A model generated the notes under the pieces. It made no database searches, was not told where the DNA came from, and was given only the letters and a program-made list of their open reading frames with translations. A program made the translations under genes and the position numbers. A stretch of DNA of 58,537 bases, the filler included, from Porpidia crustulata (lineage: Eukaryota): the NCBI GenBank assembly GCA_964255105.1. It is 5 parts of 5 records of this genome, joined end to end, with 100 filler letters (N's around TTAATTAATTAA, not from the genome) between each part and the next. Parts side by side here need not be neighbours in the genome. Positions count along the whole stretch, not along the records: positions 11,735 to 23,362 come from CAXUWE010000625.1; 4 more parts are not named here. One strand, written 5' to 3'. Positions 11,735-23,462 of the stretch are shown piece after piece (positions within the stretch are counted from its first letter, which is position 1; each line of letters opens with the position of its first letter).

Positions 11735-13252
11735 AGACGGTGATGGCGGAGCCGGGGGTGAGGGTTTGGCCTGCGATGATGTAGGCGGAGGACGGATTTG
11801 CTGTCATGACGGAGTTTCCGATGGTGAGCGCAGGAGGACCTGCCGCCGCGACGGACGGTGGTGTTACGATGGCTTGGGTGCTGGGTCCGTAGACGATGGC
11901 GTTGCCGGCTGGTGCGAGTGATATCGCTTGACCGCCGACGGTTATCGGAGAGCCGGTTGCAAGCGTCTGGCTGCCTACAACGTATTTCCCTCCCGCGATT
12001 TGAGTTGCCGATGAGCCGGCGATCATCACTGGCACCGGGGCAGCGGCGGAACCGATGACCTGTGTGCTTGGTCCGTAAACCACTGCTTTTCCTGACGGTG
12101 CGAGTGAAATCGCTTGGCCGGCTACAGTAATGGGTGCGCCGCCTGCTTGTAGGGTTTGGCTGCTGATTATGAATTGTGAGGATGGGTTGGCGGTGATTGG
12201 CTGGTTGGCTATGGTTATGACTGGCGGAGGAGGGTTTGCGGGTTGACCGCCTCCGTTCAAAGGTGGAGGGTTTGCAGATTGAGGAGGATCGGCAGACTGC
12301 TGAGGTAGGCTTGCAGATTGAGGCTGCCCCGGGTTGGCGGACTGCTGTGGAGAATTCATGGACTGGGGTAGAGCCGACTGAGGCGGTTGAGTTGCAGGAA
12401 CAGTCGGCGATTGCGCAATCGGTATGGGCGATGGTGCCAGCGTCGCAGGCGCTTGCCCAACATGAGTTGACGACTGTACGGTAAGGACTGAGACTGCGAC
12501 GTGAGCAAATTCTGTACCGCTATTCCCCATTCCCTTGCAGCCAGGGAAGGCAGAGCTTATGAACGCCATCTCTGACGCGTAGGCGGTGCCGGCGGTATAA
12601 TCCGAACCTTCGGGTAGTGCGAATGCCTCGGTGCGAGAGTTGACGATCTCATGACAAGAGAAGCCACCGCTTGCGTCCGTTACAATAGTGTTGGTATATC
12701 CTGAATACCCAAATTGGAAAGCGTACGTTGTTGGGTATGTGCTTTTGCCTGTGTTAGAGAGAAGGAAGAGTGATATGAAGAGTGCCTTACAATAGAAATG
12801 TTTGTTTCTCGTAGATATCAGTCCAAACATTGTTCATACCAGTTCCTAGTCCTTGCAAAGAATAAGGAACCGTAAAGTTTTGAGCGTTGATAGTCGATGT
12901 TTTGGTCGTGTTTTTGGAGTCATCCACAATGGTCACCACAGTCGCGGCGGTATGGGTAAGGACAGTCGCCCATGAGAAAACGTCTACAACATTCTGCCAG
13001 TAGCAGCCCCCGCACGAAGACGTCGTCAATCCCGTTGTGCCCAGATGGATTGGACCGATTCCAGACGCAGAAGGCGCCGATGTGATAGTTGAAGAGCTTG
13101 GCGTAGAATTGCCATTCTGTCTATCTACTTTTTGTTAGACGGACGAAAAGAGGGAACGATATTCCCTTACTATTCAATGAAACAGCCGCCGTCAAATGTA
13201 AGTGTAGGATCAGGGATGATAGGTATATTGGTAACATTATGATTACAATCAT
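11735..13252 (-). CDS. Secreted Ser/Thr/Pro-rich repeat protein (cell-wall or adhesin-like), 3' end cut off by the contig end
   Basis: Signal-peptide-like exon MIVIIMLPIYLSSLILHLHLTAAVSL, a Cys-containing N-domain (SCGGCYW), a PQQSANP tandem linker, then ~55-60 aa repeats of the form xxxSQTLxxGxxITVxGQAISLAPxG. Confidence 0.75.
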
Positions 13253-14401
13253 TCAAAACTGGATAGGTACGAAAAGAGTCTCCAGCGATTGGTAGTAAAA
13301 AGAATGTGCTATTTCAAAGCCTGCTTAGGGATAACGAGTGTAAACCACACCCAAATTCAAAGAATGAACAGGGGAAGGAAGATGTAAAGCAATGGTCGCG
13401 AAAGGGAATATGAGAAATTGTTCGAGTAGAACATCGCGGACTATCAAAATTAGGCGAAGGCTGAGCTCAGATTTTAATCTGATGATTGGGAGGCCTGATG
13501 GTAGTCTCGGCAGCCAGGCACTACCAGCTGCTGCGGCATTGTGACCTGAATAGTTTACCTCAATACTAGAACGAGTTCCTGCATTTGCGAGGGAAAACGT
13601 AGACAATATTAGCTCCCTAGATAGCCCAAAAGAGCGCGAAACCGGTTCAGAAAACGCTGAATGGAGCTCTCACGACGCCGAATTTGTAGCATCGGAGCGC
13701 TGAGAGGGAATGAGCACTAGGATATTGCTTAGAGTTCCCCGTCCAACAAACGCAGTCATTCTGGAAGAACGTATAAATGGATCAATCAAATCTCAAGGAG
13801 AGCATCAGCAATCGAAGCTATTCAGACTCTTGAAGAATCCAAATCTAGCTCAGTAATTTCGCACTATCGCATAGGCTAGCGGAGTGGTTGTCTTCATCAA
13901 CCAATAGACAGCTCGAAGCCGCTGCGCTTACTGTTGGATGCCAAACACCGCCACGATTAGCGACGATTCTGGTCACGGCTGTCATCACTCACGTTGACCG
14001 AGGGAGCTTGGAAACATCAAATTATGCCGGCACCCGCAAATGTAATCATGACCATGGCATCACATATAATGATGCAGCTGTAGACCAATGTCACGGTTCA
14101 AGGACAGACTAGGCGTAGATGCAAGGTTTTGCTGCGAAGTCGAATGTTTGATGCAGGTACCAAAGTCTAGCTCGCATGTGTAAATCTTTGCGCTATGCCC
14201 AATTGGTGAAACTATTCACCTCTCTGTGAGTGAAGATGTGACGATGCTGATACGGGTAATTGTTACATAAGAAACAACTAAACCCTCGCTTTTGATGCCC
14301 CCAATTCCAATGCGTGACCTTTCCATGCACCAGTAAGTTGACTAATTACTATAGTACAGCTAATTTGGCCCACCAAACGCCGACGACCCTCAGCTTTGAT
14401 T

Positions 14402-15610
14402 TCATTTCGACTCTTTCTTCGCCTTCTCCGCCACCTTTTCCGCTTCGCTGAGCTTCTTTTGCAACACCTGCTGTATTTCTCCATACGTTTCCTTTGCAAT
14501 CTTCTCCGCCTCGGGCCCATGTTTCTGTGCAATGTCTCGCAACTGCCCGATCTTCGGCAGGATCTCGCTGCCACCGGGGATCATGTTAAGATACTGCTCC
14601 AGCCCACCGCCTCCACTAATACCAGAGCTCTTCTGGACTTTGTTGACGGCATTTCTAATGTACTTTTCTATTGAGTCGGTGTTGCCGGATGATACGCTCT
14701 CCTTAATCTTCTCGTAGAGCTCCATGGCATTTCCTTGCTTCAGTGCGTCCTCGTTCTCCTCAATCAGTTGCTTGACTTTGGGAGACTTGTCCAAGTAGGG
14801 TTTCGCTTGCTCCATCCCCTTATCCCACGCCTTCTGTCCCATGTCTTGGAGCCTCTTTAATTTGTCCTGTACCAATGCTTGGATCTTGCTGACACTCGAG
14901 AGGTTTGCGCCATTCTTGAGGATATCACGGATCTCATTCCAGGTCTCATCTACTTGTTTCTTCGCTTCTGGGCCGTAATTGTCTCCAAGCTGCTTTAGGC
15001 GGTCCAGATTTCCTCCGACTTTCTCCTTCAGCGCAGGGTGATTGTTCATGATTTCTTGTGCCGAGTCCACGGCAAGGTCTGCGATACGATTGAGGTGCTT
15101 CTGCAAAATCCCCCATGCTTTCTGAGCTGACGCAACGCTCATCCCACTTTCCTGCGACACGCTCTTCAGCTCATTGTAAGCCTCCTTAACGATAGCGTCC
15201 ACCTCATCTGCATGCTTGGCATGAATGTCGTCAAGGTCGTTGAACGCAGCGTCGATATACCCTTTGGCACCAGGTATGATTGCTGCATAAGATGTGGCAG
15301 TTTGCCGTAGCCATTGTAGCGCTTCGTTCGGCTCCGGCGAGGACTCCTTGAGTTTTTTCGTCATATTTTGAAAGGTCGTTTGCGTCTCGTTGGCCGCACT
15401 GAGAAGGCTATGGGCACCTGACTGGCGATACCAGGCGTAACCACCAACAAATACCAAGGTACCGCCAGCAAGACCGCCGATAAGACTGGGTCCGATGTGC
15501 GAACCGCTTGTAGTTGAGGACGACGAAGTAGATTCGTGGCGAGCTTGACGGAGGACAGATCGAAGTCGAAGACTACGCGTCGCTCTAGGTACTATCCTTG
15601 AAGCAATCAT
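14402..15610 (-). CDS. Hypothetical protein with a mitochondrial-presequence-like N-terminus, one TM helix and an apolipoprotein-like helical body
   Basis: Intronless 402-aa ORF. R/S-rich N-terminus, TM segment LIGGLAGGTLVFVGGYAWY, then long K/E/A/Q-rich amphipathic helices. Confidence 0.8.
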   Translation of the reverse strand: MIASRIVPRATRSLRLRSVLRQARHESTSSSSTTSGSHIGPSLIGGLAGGTLVFVGGYAWYRQSGAHSLLSAANETQTTFQNMTKKLKESSPEPNEALQWLRQTATSYAAIIPGAKGYIDAAFNDLDDIHAKHADEVDAIVKEAYNELKSVSQESGMSVASAQKAWGILQKHLNRIADLAVDSAQEIMNNHPALKEKVGGNLDRLKQLGDNYGPEAKKQVDETWNEIRDILKNGANLSSVSKIQALVQDKLKRLQDMGQKAWDKGMEQAKPYLDKSPKVKQLIEENEDALKQGNAMELYEKIKESVSSGNTDSIEKYIRNAVNKVQKSSGISGGGGLEQYLNMIPGGSEILPKIGQLRDIAQKHGPEAEKIAKETYGEIQQVLQKKLSEAEKVAEKAKKESK

Positions 15611-16203
15611 GGCTGCGTACTACTGCGATATCAGTGGTGGAAATTTCTCTCATGGAGGGTGTGATGGAAAAGAAGCTGGACGCAAGCTCTGAGCATGGGC
15701 AAGCATGACGTGAATGGTATGACGTCGTGCGGTGTATGGTATCCTCGCGTAAGACACTGGCGCGTCTGACTTTGCGCCCATAATCACCATTCACGAAATG
15801 CTAAGACAAGAGCCCGTTGAAACTGATCACTGGCAAATGACCATGGATATTTAGAGGAAGTAGAGGAAGTAGAGGAAGAACAAATTCGTGATCAAGCACC
15901 GTTAGATCTCTTGAGATAAGATTTTATCAGATGCACAAGCCATAACGATACTGTAGGGCTTAGCGAACCCCTGGATTTAGGCTCTGATTTGGTTGCTCTC
16001 CTGTCGCTCTGGTCGATAAAATAAAGGGTCAAGACGAAAAGTAAAGTGACGAAGTGAAAGTGTGAAGGACTTGGCTGCTAGATTTGTGCCATGTTCATGC
16101 TACACATGTAATAGACTTCGCCAAGGGAAGCAATGTTATTTTATTTCTCTTCTACATTCATAAGTCCTACAATAGCTACATTTGAAGCAGAACTGATAGC
16201 TAG

Positions 16204-19200
16204 CTATTGCTCGTTCTCGAGACTCTCCTTTACAAGTCCGTGTCTTATCTTTTCGTCGCTCGAAAGCTCAAGATCCTTGTGCATAAGTCCATTACCGCCA
16301 TTCGTTTCATGGGGTGAAAGGCCTTCCCCTTTGCTCTCTGGAGGCTCGCCATCCTCCATTGATGAATTGGCCGACATGACACTTAACCTTGAGTCATTAC
16401 CTTCGGTTTGATCATGATGGCCCCCCTTTTGCCCTACTTCTTCCTCCTTGCGTACCTCCTCCTCCCAATCCTCTACAACATCGTCGTTCTTGGCCTTCTC
16501 CTTCTCTTCTTTTTTCTTTTTCGCTTCTTTCAACCTACTGCCGAGTATAGTATACACGCTTCTTTCTCCGAAAACCATCTGTCTTGGTGCGGTGCGCGGG
16601 GCTGCCGCCTTTGCAGCAACTTGGCTCCACCCGCCACTACTAGCTGATTCATCTATCTCGCGGCGGACGATATTGAGGGAAGAATCCGAGGCACACAATT
16701 GAATGGATTTGGCAAGATGCTTGGATGAGGTAATAGCAATGAGCGAAGCCTTGAGGGATTTTAGCGAGGTTTCAATAGAGGGAGCTGATATGCTAGCAGA
16801 TGCAGATATCGGGCGGGCTTTGACAACAATTTCCTCGCTAGGAAGGAATGAAATCTCGAAAGCTAGGCCAGGGGTCGTATCTAGCACTGAGGAAAACTCC
16901 ATTCGAAGCTCTTCGAGTGTCAACCCAAAATGTGGGTGAGTCAGTAAAAAGCCATTGTAAGACTCATTGCTAGCACGCAGCTTCCGTTGTGCCTCAATCG
17001 CGGCAGTGTTCGAAGCCTCTGCGGAGGTACGAATACGGACACATTCGGCGAGCGTCTTCATAGGAGCCATGACAAATCGAGGTGTTTTGAAAATGGCAAC
17101 ATGACGATGTGGCTCCGGGTCCATGCTCTCGCTATCGAGACCAAGATCTTCCGAAAGCGAATGCAAGAACGCTCTTTGGTGTGGTGGCATAGGCTTAAAG
17201 CGGAGTCGCTTCTCATTCTCGTCTGCTGCAAACACTCGGAATTCTCTTTCTTGCGTCTGTGCCCATTTGACGTTTTCCCGGAACGTCTGTAAAGTGGTTG
17301 TGGAATACGGTATGTGGTCGTCTTTGTGGGCTTCAGGGTCGATGTTGAGGGCCAACGCCAACTTCCGGTTTCTGTCCAGGCGAGCACATTCGTCATCGCA
17401 ACTCAAGCTTTTTTGGCGGTTCCCTTCGCTAGACTTGGAAGCGTTGCACTTCAATTCCTGCTTTAGATTTTGGCAGTCACAAGTTATCAGCATTTTATTC
17501 TGACAAGGCTTATCCTCGCGGCACGACGAAGGAGCATGACATGGCTCTTCACAAGGATGACCACAGTTCTTCTTCGGTTTACCGCACGATTGTTGACAAG
17601 TTTTACCAGCATCTTCACACTCGCCAAGCCGATGGCATGGCTTACGGCAGAAATGAGACCCACACCTTAGCTTCCGTCCACAGATCTCCCCACAGCGAAC
17701 ATCTGCAAGCCAGCAAGGCTGGTTCTTGAGGTTCCTCTTTCCACATATGCATGGCTTTTCTACCAGGAAAGGGCACTTCGGGCAAAGGTCATCGTCGCTG
17801 TGACAATTATGTGAAACCCTTGGATGTCCACAGCCCTTTGGGCGCTCGCAATCAAACCGGCAAGGAGGTGGAGAAGTACCGCATGGTAACGGAGGCTGCA
17901 GTACCGTACGTCCGCAATGGCAGCTAACCTCGTCGAAAATGGCCTCTCGACAGCTTCCGCAGGGTCCCTTATGACAGAGTTCTGGACAAGGGTGATTGCC
18001 ACACTTAAGCATACGTCCACAAAGGCGAGTACATATGTGCTCAGCCTCAAAACCATCATCGACACCCCTTGCAGCTCCCAAAGGCCGAAGCTTACGCTTT
18101 GTCGCTTGTCGTTCAGCCGCTTTGCGCTCCCCTGGACAACATCGTTCACCACATTCATGACGACCACAATTTAGAGTTGCTTTACAGGATCTCATGCACT
18201 GCGGTCGCTCCTCGATACCTTGATGACAGATAGTAGAGGATTGTGTGCGCCCGCATCGACAAGCAATGGTTACCTGAATGAGGCACGGCTTGCAGAGATC
18301 TGAATGGCAAACTTGTTGACAAAAGTGACCGCAGGGAAGGGGTTTCGAGCACTTCTTCTCGCAGTTCGGGATCGGATCCTCGCAGGACTTTCGTGGATGA
18401 TCAAATAATTCTGCCAGCGGTGTCTTGCCACATGGGCAGTGCGACACAACCTCTGGTGACCGAGGGCAGTGTGACTGGTCAGAATCCTGTGGGTGGCATC
18501 CTTGTTCGCATTTGTGCTTCCCGCAATCGAAGACTCTTTGGCATAAATTAGAACATCCAAACATCCCAGTCCATTCTTCAACACGTGGTACAGCCTGTCC
18601 ATCCTCTAATCTTATCATGCTCGGCTTCTCATCCCATCGTTCGTTACATAATATAGGCTTTTCCACTTTGCCGCAATAGCAACGACCATTCATTTCGACC
18701 TCACAAGCTCCACACAAGCCTTCGTGGCACGGCTTCGGGCAAGTATGTTCTCCGCAAGGCAATAGATCTCGACAAATTTCACCACAACTCCATCCACTAT
18801 CGTAATCCGTCTCTATACATCTCCTGGATGTCGATTGCTTGCCGCAAAAACAACTCTGAAGAGGCCCAATGTGATTACATGGAGGACAAGGTCCCGCATG
18901 GCAGATCAACTCACAGGGATGAGGGCACTTCCTGGGTAAGACTCGGTGTTTGCCACAAGTTTGGCCGCAGGAATGTGGTGGTAAACCTGATATCTGTCTA
19001 GGATCTATTTCTTTCTCGCACCAGCATGCGTACGATGATGGGAGGACGTCTTTCGGCAAATTACACCCAGGACACCTCCACAGCCTGGGAACGGCGAATT
19101 CTCCTTCCTGATTTCGCTGCTGCGCCATCGTCGATCCTGCATTAGTGGACCATTTCTTGATGCATGTAAGATGAAATACTGTCCAGCATGTCTTGCAGGA

Positions 19201-20001
19201 CCAGACTCGAGAATTTCGTCCAATTTCACTTGTACAGATCGGACATTCATAAGCACCGCTCATAATGTCCTCATGAGTTCGAGTGGCAATATCCGGAGCT
19301 GTCGATTTCACACTAGAACCACGCCTTACACGCGGCGCCTTTGGCTGTGGATGATGCTGTGCAAATACGGCGTTCCTACCGCCCCTAGAGCTTCTAGAAG
19401 CAGCGGATCTCTGGTGATGCTGCTCGCCAGGGCGAAATTCGGGCGCATCTGCTTGTAGAGAAGAAACCACTATTGGTGTGTTGACGTCCTCAGTTACCGT
19501 AAGACGTCCCCCGAATTGTCTCCCTGTATTGAGTGGTGCATGGCCATGTGATTGGATGGAGCCCGCGGGACCAAACCTCTCTCCATTGGTATTCCTTGCG
19601 CCCCTAGTAACATGTCCCGTTCCACCAAATGTCTGCCCTATCCCTCTTCCTCTTCCCCTACCATTATTCTGGAGCCGTTTTGCTGTAGATACACCGGTCT
19701 CGGCGGCCGAAGCTTCGGCACTTGAGGGTTCTGTCGGCGGTGGCTGTGAACGTGGGGGAAGTGAGGCAGGTCGTAAGGCTAGAATGCCCTCCCTTTCAGA
19801 GATATTTCCAGCTCGAGATCTTGGCAATCTATTCGAGTCGAGTACCAGCGTGGCAGATGACTCTGAGCCACCAACCTGCACTGGGGCTTGATCGTTTCGC
19901 CGTGGCCTTCCCCACCTTTTGCGCGGTCTCGGGTTGTTGGTAGGGTTGCTGGTGGGTTGAGCGAGGGGTAAAGTTCCGGGCAAAGATTCCAAAGACACCA
20001 T
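16204..20001 (-). CDS. FAP1: NF-X1-type zinc finger / RING / R3H protein (FKBP12-associated protein Fap1 homologue)
   Basis: RING-like CPIC...WSCKTCWTVFHLTCIKKW...WRCPGC, many NF-X1 repeats (CGxHxCxxxCHxGxCxxC), and an R3H domain (PMPPHQRAFLHSLSED...SESMDPEPHRHV). The first ATG in the ORF is at 20001. Confidence 0.92.
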   Translation of the reverse strand: MVSLESLPGTLPLAQPTSNPTNNPRPRKRWGRPRRNDQAPVQVGGSESSATLVLDSNRLPRSRAGNISEREGILALRPASLPPRSQPPPTEPSSAEASAAETGVSTAKRLQNNGRGRGRGIGQTFGGTGHVTRGARNTNGERFGPAGSIQSHGHAPLNTGRQFGGRLTVTEDVNTPIVVSSLQADAPEFRPGEQHHQRSAASRSSRGGRNAVFAQHHPQPKAPRVRRGSSVKSTAPDIATRTHEDIMSGAYECPICTSEIGRNSRVWSCKTCWTVFHLTCIKKWSTNAGSTMAQQRNQEGEFAVPRLWRCPGCNLPKDVLPSSYACWCEKEIDPRQISGLPPHSCGQTCGKHRVLPRKCPHPCELICHAGPCPPCNHIGPLQSCFCGKQSTSRRCIETDYDSGWSCGEICRDLLPCGEHTCPKPCHEGLCGACEVEMNGRCYCGKVEKPILCNERWDEKPSMIRLEDGQAVPRVEEWTGMFGCSNLCQRVFDCGKHKCEQGCHPQDSDQSHCPRSPEVVSHCPCGKTPLAELFDHPRKSCEDPIPNCEKKCSKPLPCGHFCQQVCHSDLCKPCLIQVTIACRCGRTQSSTICHQGIEERPQCMRSCKATLNCGRHECGERCCPGERKAAERQATKRKLRPLGAARGVDDGFEAEHICTRLCGRMLKCGNHPCPELCHKGPCGSCREAIFDEVSCHCGRTVLQPPLPCGTSPPPCRFDCERPKGCGHPRVSHNCHSDDDLCPKCPFLVEKPCICGKRNLKNQPCWLADVRCGEICGRKLRCGSHFCRKPCHRLGECEDAGKTCQQSCGKPKKNCGHPCEEPCHAPSSCREDKPCQNKMLITCDCQNLKQELKCNASKSSEGNRQKSLSCDDECARLDRNRKLALALNIDPEAHKDDHIPYSTTTLQTFRENVKWAQTQEREFRVFAADENEKRLRFKPMPPHQRAFLHSLSEDLGLDSESMDPEPHRHVAIFKTPRFVMAPMKTLAECVRIRTSAEASNTAAIEAQRKLRASNESYNGFLLTHPHFGLTLEELRMEFSSVLDTTPGLAFEISFLPSEEIVVKARPISASASISAPSIETSLKSLKASLIAITSSKHLAKSIQLCASDSSLNIVRREIDESASSGGWSQVAAKAAAPRTAPRQMVFGERSVYTILGSRLKEAKKKKEEKEKAKNDDVVEDWEEEVRKEEEVGQKGGHHDQTEGNDSRLSVMSANSSMEDGEPPESKGEGLSPHETNGGNGLMHKDLELSSDEKIRHGLVKESLENEQ

Positions 20002-21872
20002 GACAGTAGGCCAGTTGGAGGTGTTTTGGGGTGGCAAGGTGTGTTCAATGTTGAGTTGAGATTGTCTGCTGCTAGATTGCTTGCACGAATTTCGGCGTGA
20101 ACGGCGACTGTCAATGCAACTTTACTGTAAGCTGGCGGAGTAATTGTCAAATTTTGCCAAAGCAGTACAAAACGTAGTTTTTCGTCGAAAGAGTTGTGGC
20201 AAAGAGGCAACAAATAGACCTGCTTAATGGCTTTGTGTGTTGAATTATGACAGCTTCAACCACGCTGAAATAGACCCAAGAGAAAGACTAATAAGTCAGA
20301 ACCCAAGTACTAGCACCTGCATCAGAACTTGTGTGTAAGATGTGACTCCCACATCTCAGCTCCCTGTGAGAAAAGATGCTTGTCGTGCAAGCTGAGGCGC
20401 ATTAGTCAATCATTGTTGCCGGACTTTACGGATATAGAGTATCTACCTTGCACTTCTAATCTCACGCATGCATCATCTCTGCCAATATCTACTCCATGAG
20501 AAACGAACTTTATGATCTCTCAAGCCTGGTCTGAGGTCCATTCAGTCAAACTTTTCAATTGTTCGACTTCGTCATTATCATCCTATCGTATAAACTAGAC
20601 TTATAGCCCCCCCTTGGAACCTTCTCGTATATCTTCAGGTCAAGAAGCTGGAAGATTTATTCTATCTCTGCACGTCTTACCTTGGAAAACATTTTTGGGG
20701 GTTTTGGTTATATCTATGATGTCGATAAAGGCCTGCTGAAACAATGACTTACGGCAACTGGAGAACGTGGTAAACTCTGATATGTTGTACTGCTCAAGTC
20801 GTGTCAATTGCGTAAACTAAACCACCAGGCCCCTCGACCCTTTGAATGATTAGTCCGTTGAAGCCCAACGGGCGAATGCTTCACTTTCCATAGATCTGGA
20901 CCCCCAGAAGTGTCGTGCTAAATCTATTGTAACTTCGGAACTCATGTGGTTTTGGCATTGAGACATCGTCGAATTACCACCTAGTTTGGCTGAGATTATC
21001 AGTCTCTGATATTACATTGCAGATGGCAGTGCTGAGAATTTTCCTTGAAGGAGGTAGATAAGCCCAGCGCCCGAGGATGCTGATACTGCAGAGTGACTCC
21101 GCAAGGACCTTTGGCGTCAATAAGGTGAAAAAGCACAGCGAATCCACAAGCCGGTAGGCGAGATGTAGCCGCTGTAGAATCCGAGGGACTATACTACACA
21201 CATAATTCGAGGAGCTCGAACAGGTAGTAATTGAAGTTGATGAACTTCGACCGCGCACCCCTGGGGCACTCCTGGGAGCCCATGTGCTTGGTGGTCATTC
21301 AACTTCTTGCAGACGGCGTTAGGATGCTGATCTTAGGTTGAAGTTGGATTATCCATTTATACTATCTGTATGTTTGATGGCTAGGTGGAAAGTCGATTAC
21401 CCGTTGTGTGCATGGCACTCTCTTGGTACTATTGTGGACAGAAATATCTCTTTACCAGGACAGACTTGCACTCAGGTTTCGGGACTATATCCTGTGGTCA
21501 ACTTAGACTTTAGAACTTGTGAGTCTCAGATCTTGTTCAATGTTGAAGACTTACTGTTCAATGTGGAGTACTGCAGTGATGCGCCATCGAAAATGACTCC
21601 CTGTTGCATTCATTGTCTATTCGTCCTTGCTGATGCTGACTCGCCTTTCCGGGATATAAGAGACAGATCTCGCTCATTCTCGTTGACACTTTCTCTTTTC
21701 ACTGCCCTTTGTATACTTCTCTTTTGACGTTAAATCATATTTTCTCGCTCTGAAATCCAAAGCCGATTCTGGAACGCTGGACAGACTGCATAAAATTAAA
21801 GGGGTCCACTTCTCCGATTCGAAGAAATCTTTGCATCATCAATCAGGCTCCAACTCGGGACTTTTTGCGAGC

Positions 21873-22466
21873 ATGCGATCATGCAAGGACGCTTATGAGT
21901 TTCTGCCCAAGACTATCTTCAATGACCAATCAAGCTCAAGGACCGGACGTGATTCAAACGTACCATCGAGCCAAGACGCTCAATACTCGGAACCCAACCA
22001 CCCGACCCTTCCCAGCTCAAAATATTGTCCTCCTCCCACGTCTCGTAGCCGACCACAAATCACCACGCCTGCCCGCAAATGCAGCCACGTTCCCAGATGC
22101 ATAGCCGAAGCCGAGAACCAATTCTCCCTAGCCACAGTAATGGCTTGTGAAGATCTTCTTTCAGAATCTGCCAAGGCGGACGACGATCTTCAGAAATCTG
22201 CAGACAAAGCAATTGCCGAACTTAGACCCGGCCTCGACAGGAGTAAGGAAATCTGGGAACAGGCTCGAATAACAATTGGCGTAGTATACCGAGACCAGTT
22301 GTGCCGCCGAAGCAAGGAAGGGTCCGCGATATTGGAATTCTGGAAGGATCAGAATGCTGCACGTGACATTTACATCACCGCCGTGGAAGAGGCTAATGAG
22401 CGCATTGGAACGATAAAGACGGAGAAGAGTCACTTACGAGAAGTCGAAGGGTATCGAATTTCGTAA
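21873..22466 (+). CDS. Orphan hypothetical ORF (about 197 aa), possibly part of a decayed gene
   Basis: Long ORF with a disordered S/P-rich N-half and a helical C-half. The frame stays open for 33 more codons after the TAA. No recognisable motif. Confidence 0.3.
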   Translation: MRSCKDAYEFLPKTIFNDQSSSRTGRDSNVPSSQDAQYSEPNHPTLPSSKYCPPPTSRSRPQITTPARKCSHVPRCIAEAENQFSLATVMACEDLLSESAKADDDLQKSADKAIAELRPGLDRSKEIWEQARITIGVVYRDQLCRRSKEGSAILEFWKDQNAARDIYITAVEEANERIGTIKTEKSHLREVEGYRIS

Positions 22467-23362
22467 AGATACCGCATCGCTTTAGAACATGCCAAGCAAA
22501 ACTATCAGATGATGTGTAGCATTGCCACAGAGACTTGTGGGAGCGGCCCCGAGTCCAGAAGTGAGTGATTCCAGGCCCAAGCCTAAGCAAGAGCATGAAC
22601 TTTTTTCGGGATATGAGTAAGGTCCAGCGTATGCGGCGATGATGCAGACGGCGGGCCCAGAGGAAATCGTCGAGGACGTCCCGCATTGGCCAGAATTGGC
22701 GATGTTTTGGCTTCGTTGACTTCGATTATGTTTGCGCCTAGCTTGTATCTGTGCATGAATATTTCATCATAGCTCAAATTCCAAGACAAACTTGCAGAAA
22801 ATTGTGCCAACAGTATGCTGTGAAATCTCACCGGAAACTCTCAAGTAGCAACCCTAGAACCAGAAGCGTAATTGAAACCCTGAACGCTGCTGGAACAGGC
22901 GAACCCCAAAGCGCATCATTGTTTTAAAGGAACGACAAAAGAAAGTGGTGATTCGGAAGTGGCCAAAGACTGTACCAAGATGAGAATGACTATATCTCTT
23001 CCTCGTGGCATACCGTGACAGATATGAGCATCTCTCTCGAAGTCTTTGAGTACTCTGAGCGATTCTAACGAGCATTCGCTTTGACGAACATTCTTACCAC
23101 GCTTAGCGTCTGAAGGATACTGAAAGTTGAGTCTGCACATTGAACTCATGAAATCGATATCATAGATAATGTGGGTTTCGACTTCATTTCGTCTTTCCAC
23201 GTAGCTGCATATCCCACACCCAACCCAGAGCCTGAAAAAATCATATCAATATATCCCATCCACTGCGCATGCTAATCGCGATAAGACACCCTATACGAAT
23301 CCTTCTATATCGCCCTCATTCTATCTCTCACAAAAAGACACATGTGCCCAGATGTCCTCGCC

Positions 23363-23462
23363 NNNNNNNNNNNNNNNNNNNNNNNNNNNNNNNNNNNNNN
23401 NNNNNNTTAATTAATTAANNNNNNNNNNNNNNNNNNNNNNNNNNNNNNNNNNNNNNNNNNNN
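23363..23462. other. Artificial contig linker
   Basis: 44 N + TTAATTAATTAA + 44 N. Confidence 0.99.

Noticed and set aside
15853..15878. Short (AGAGGAAGT)x3 tandem repeat
   Set aside because: An ordinary intergenic minisatellite with no further structure.
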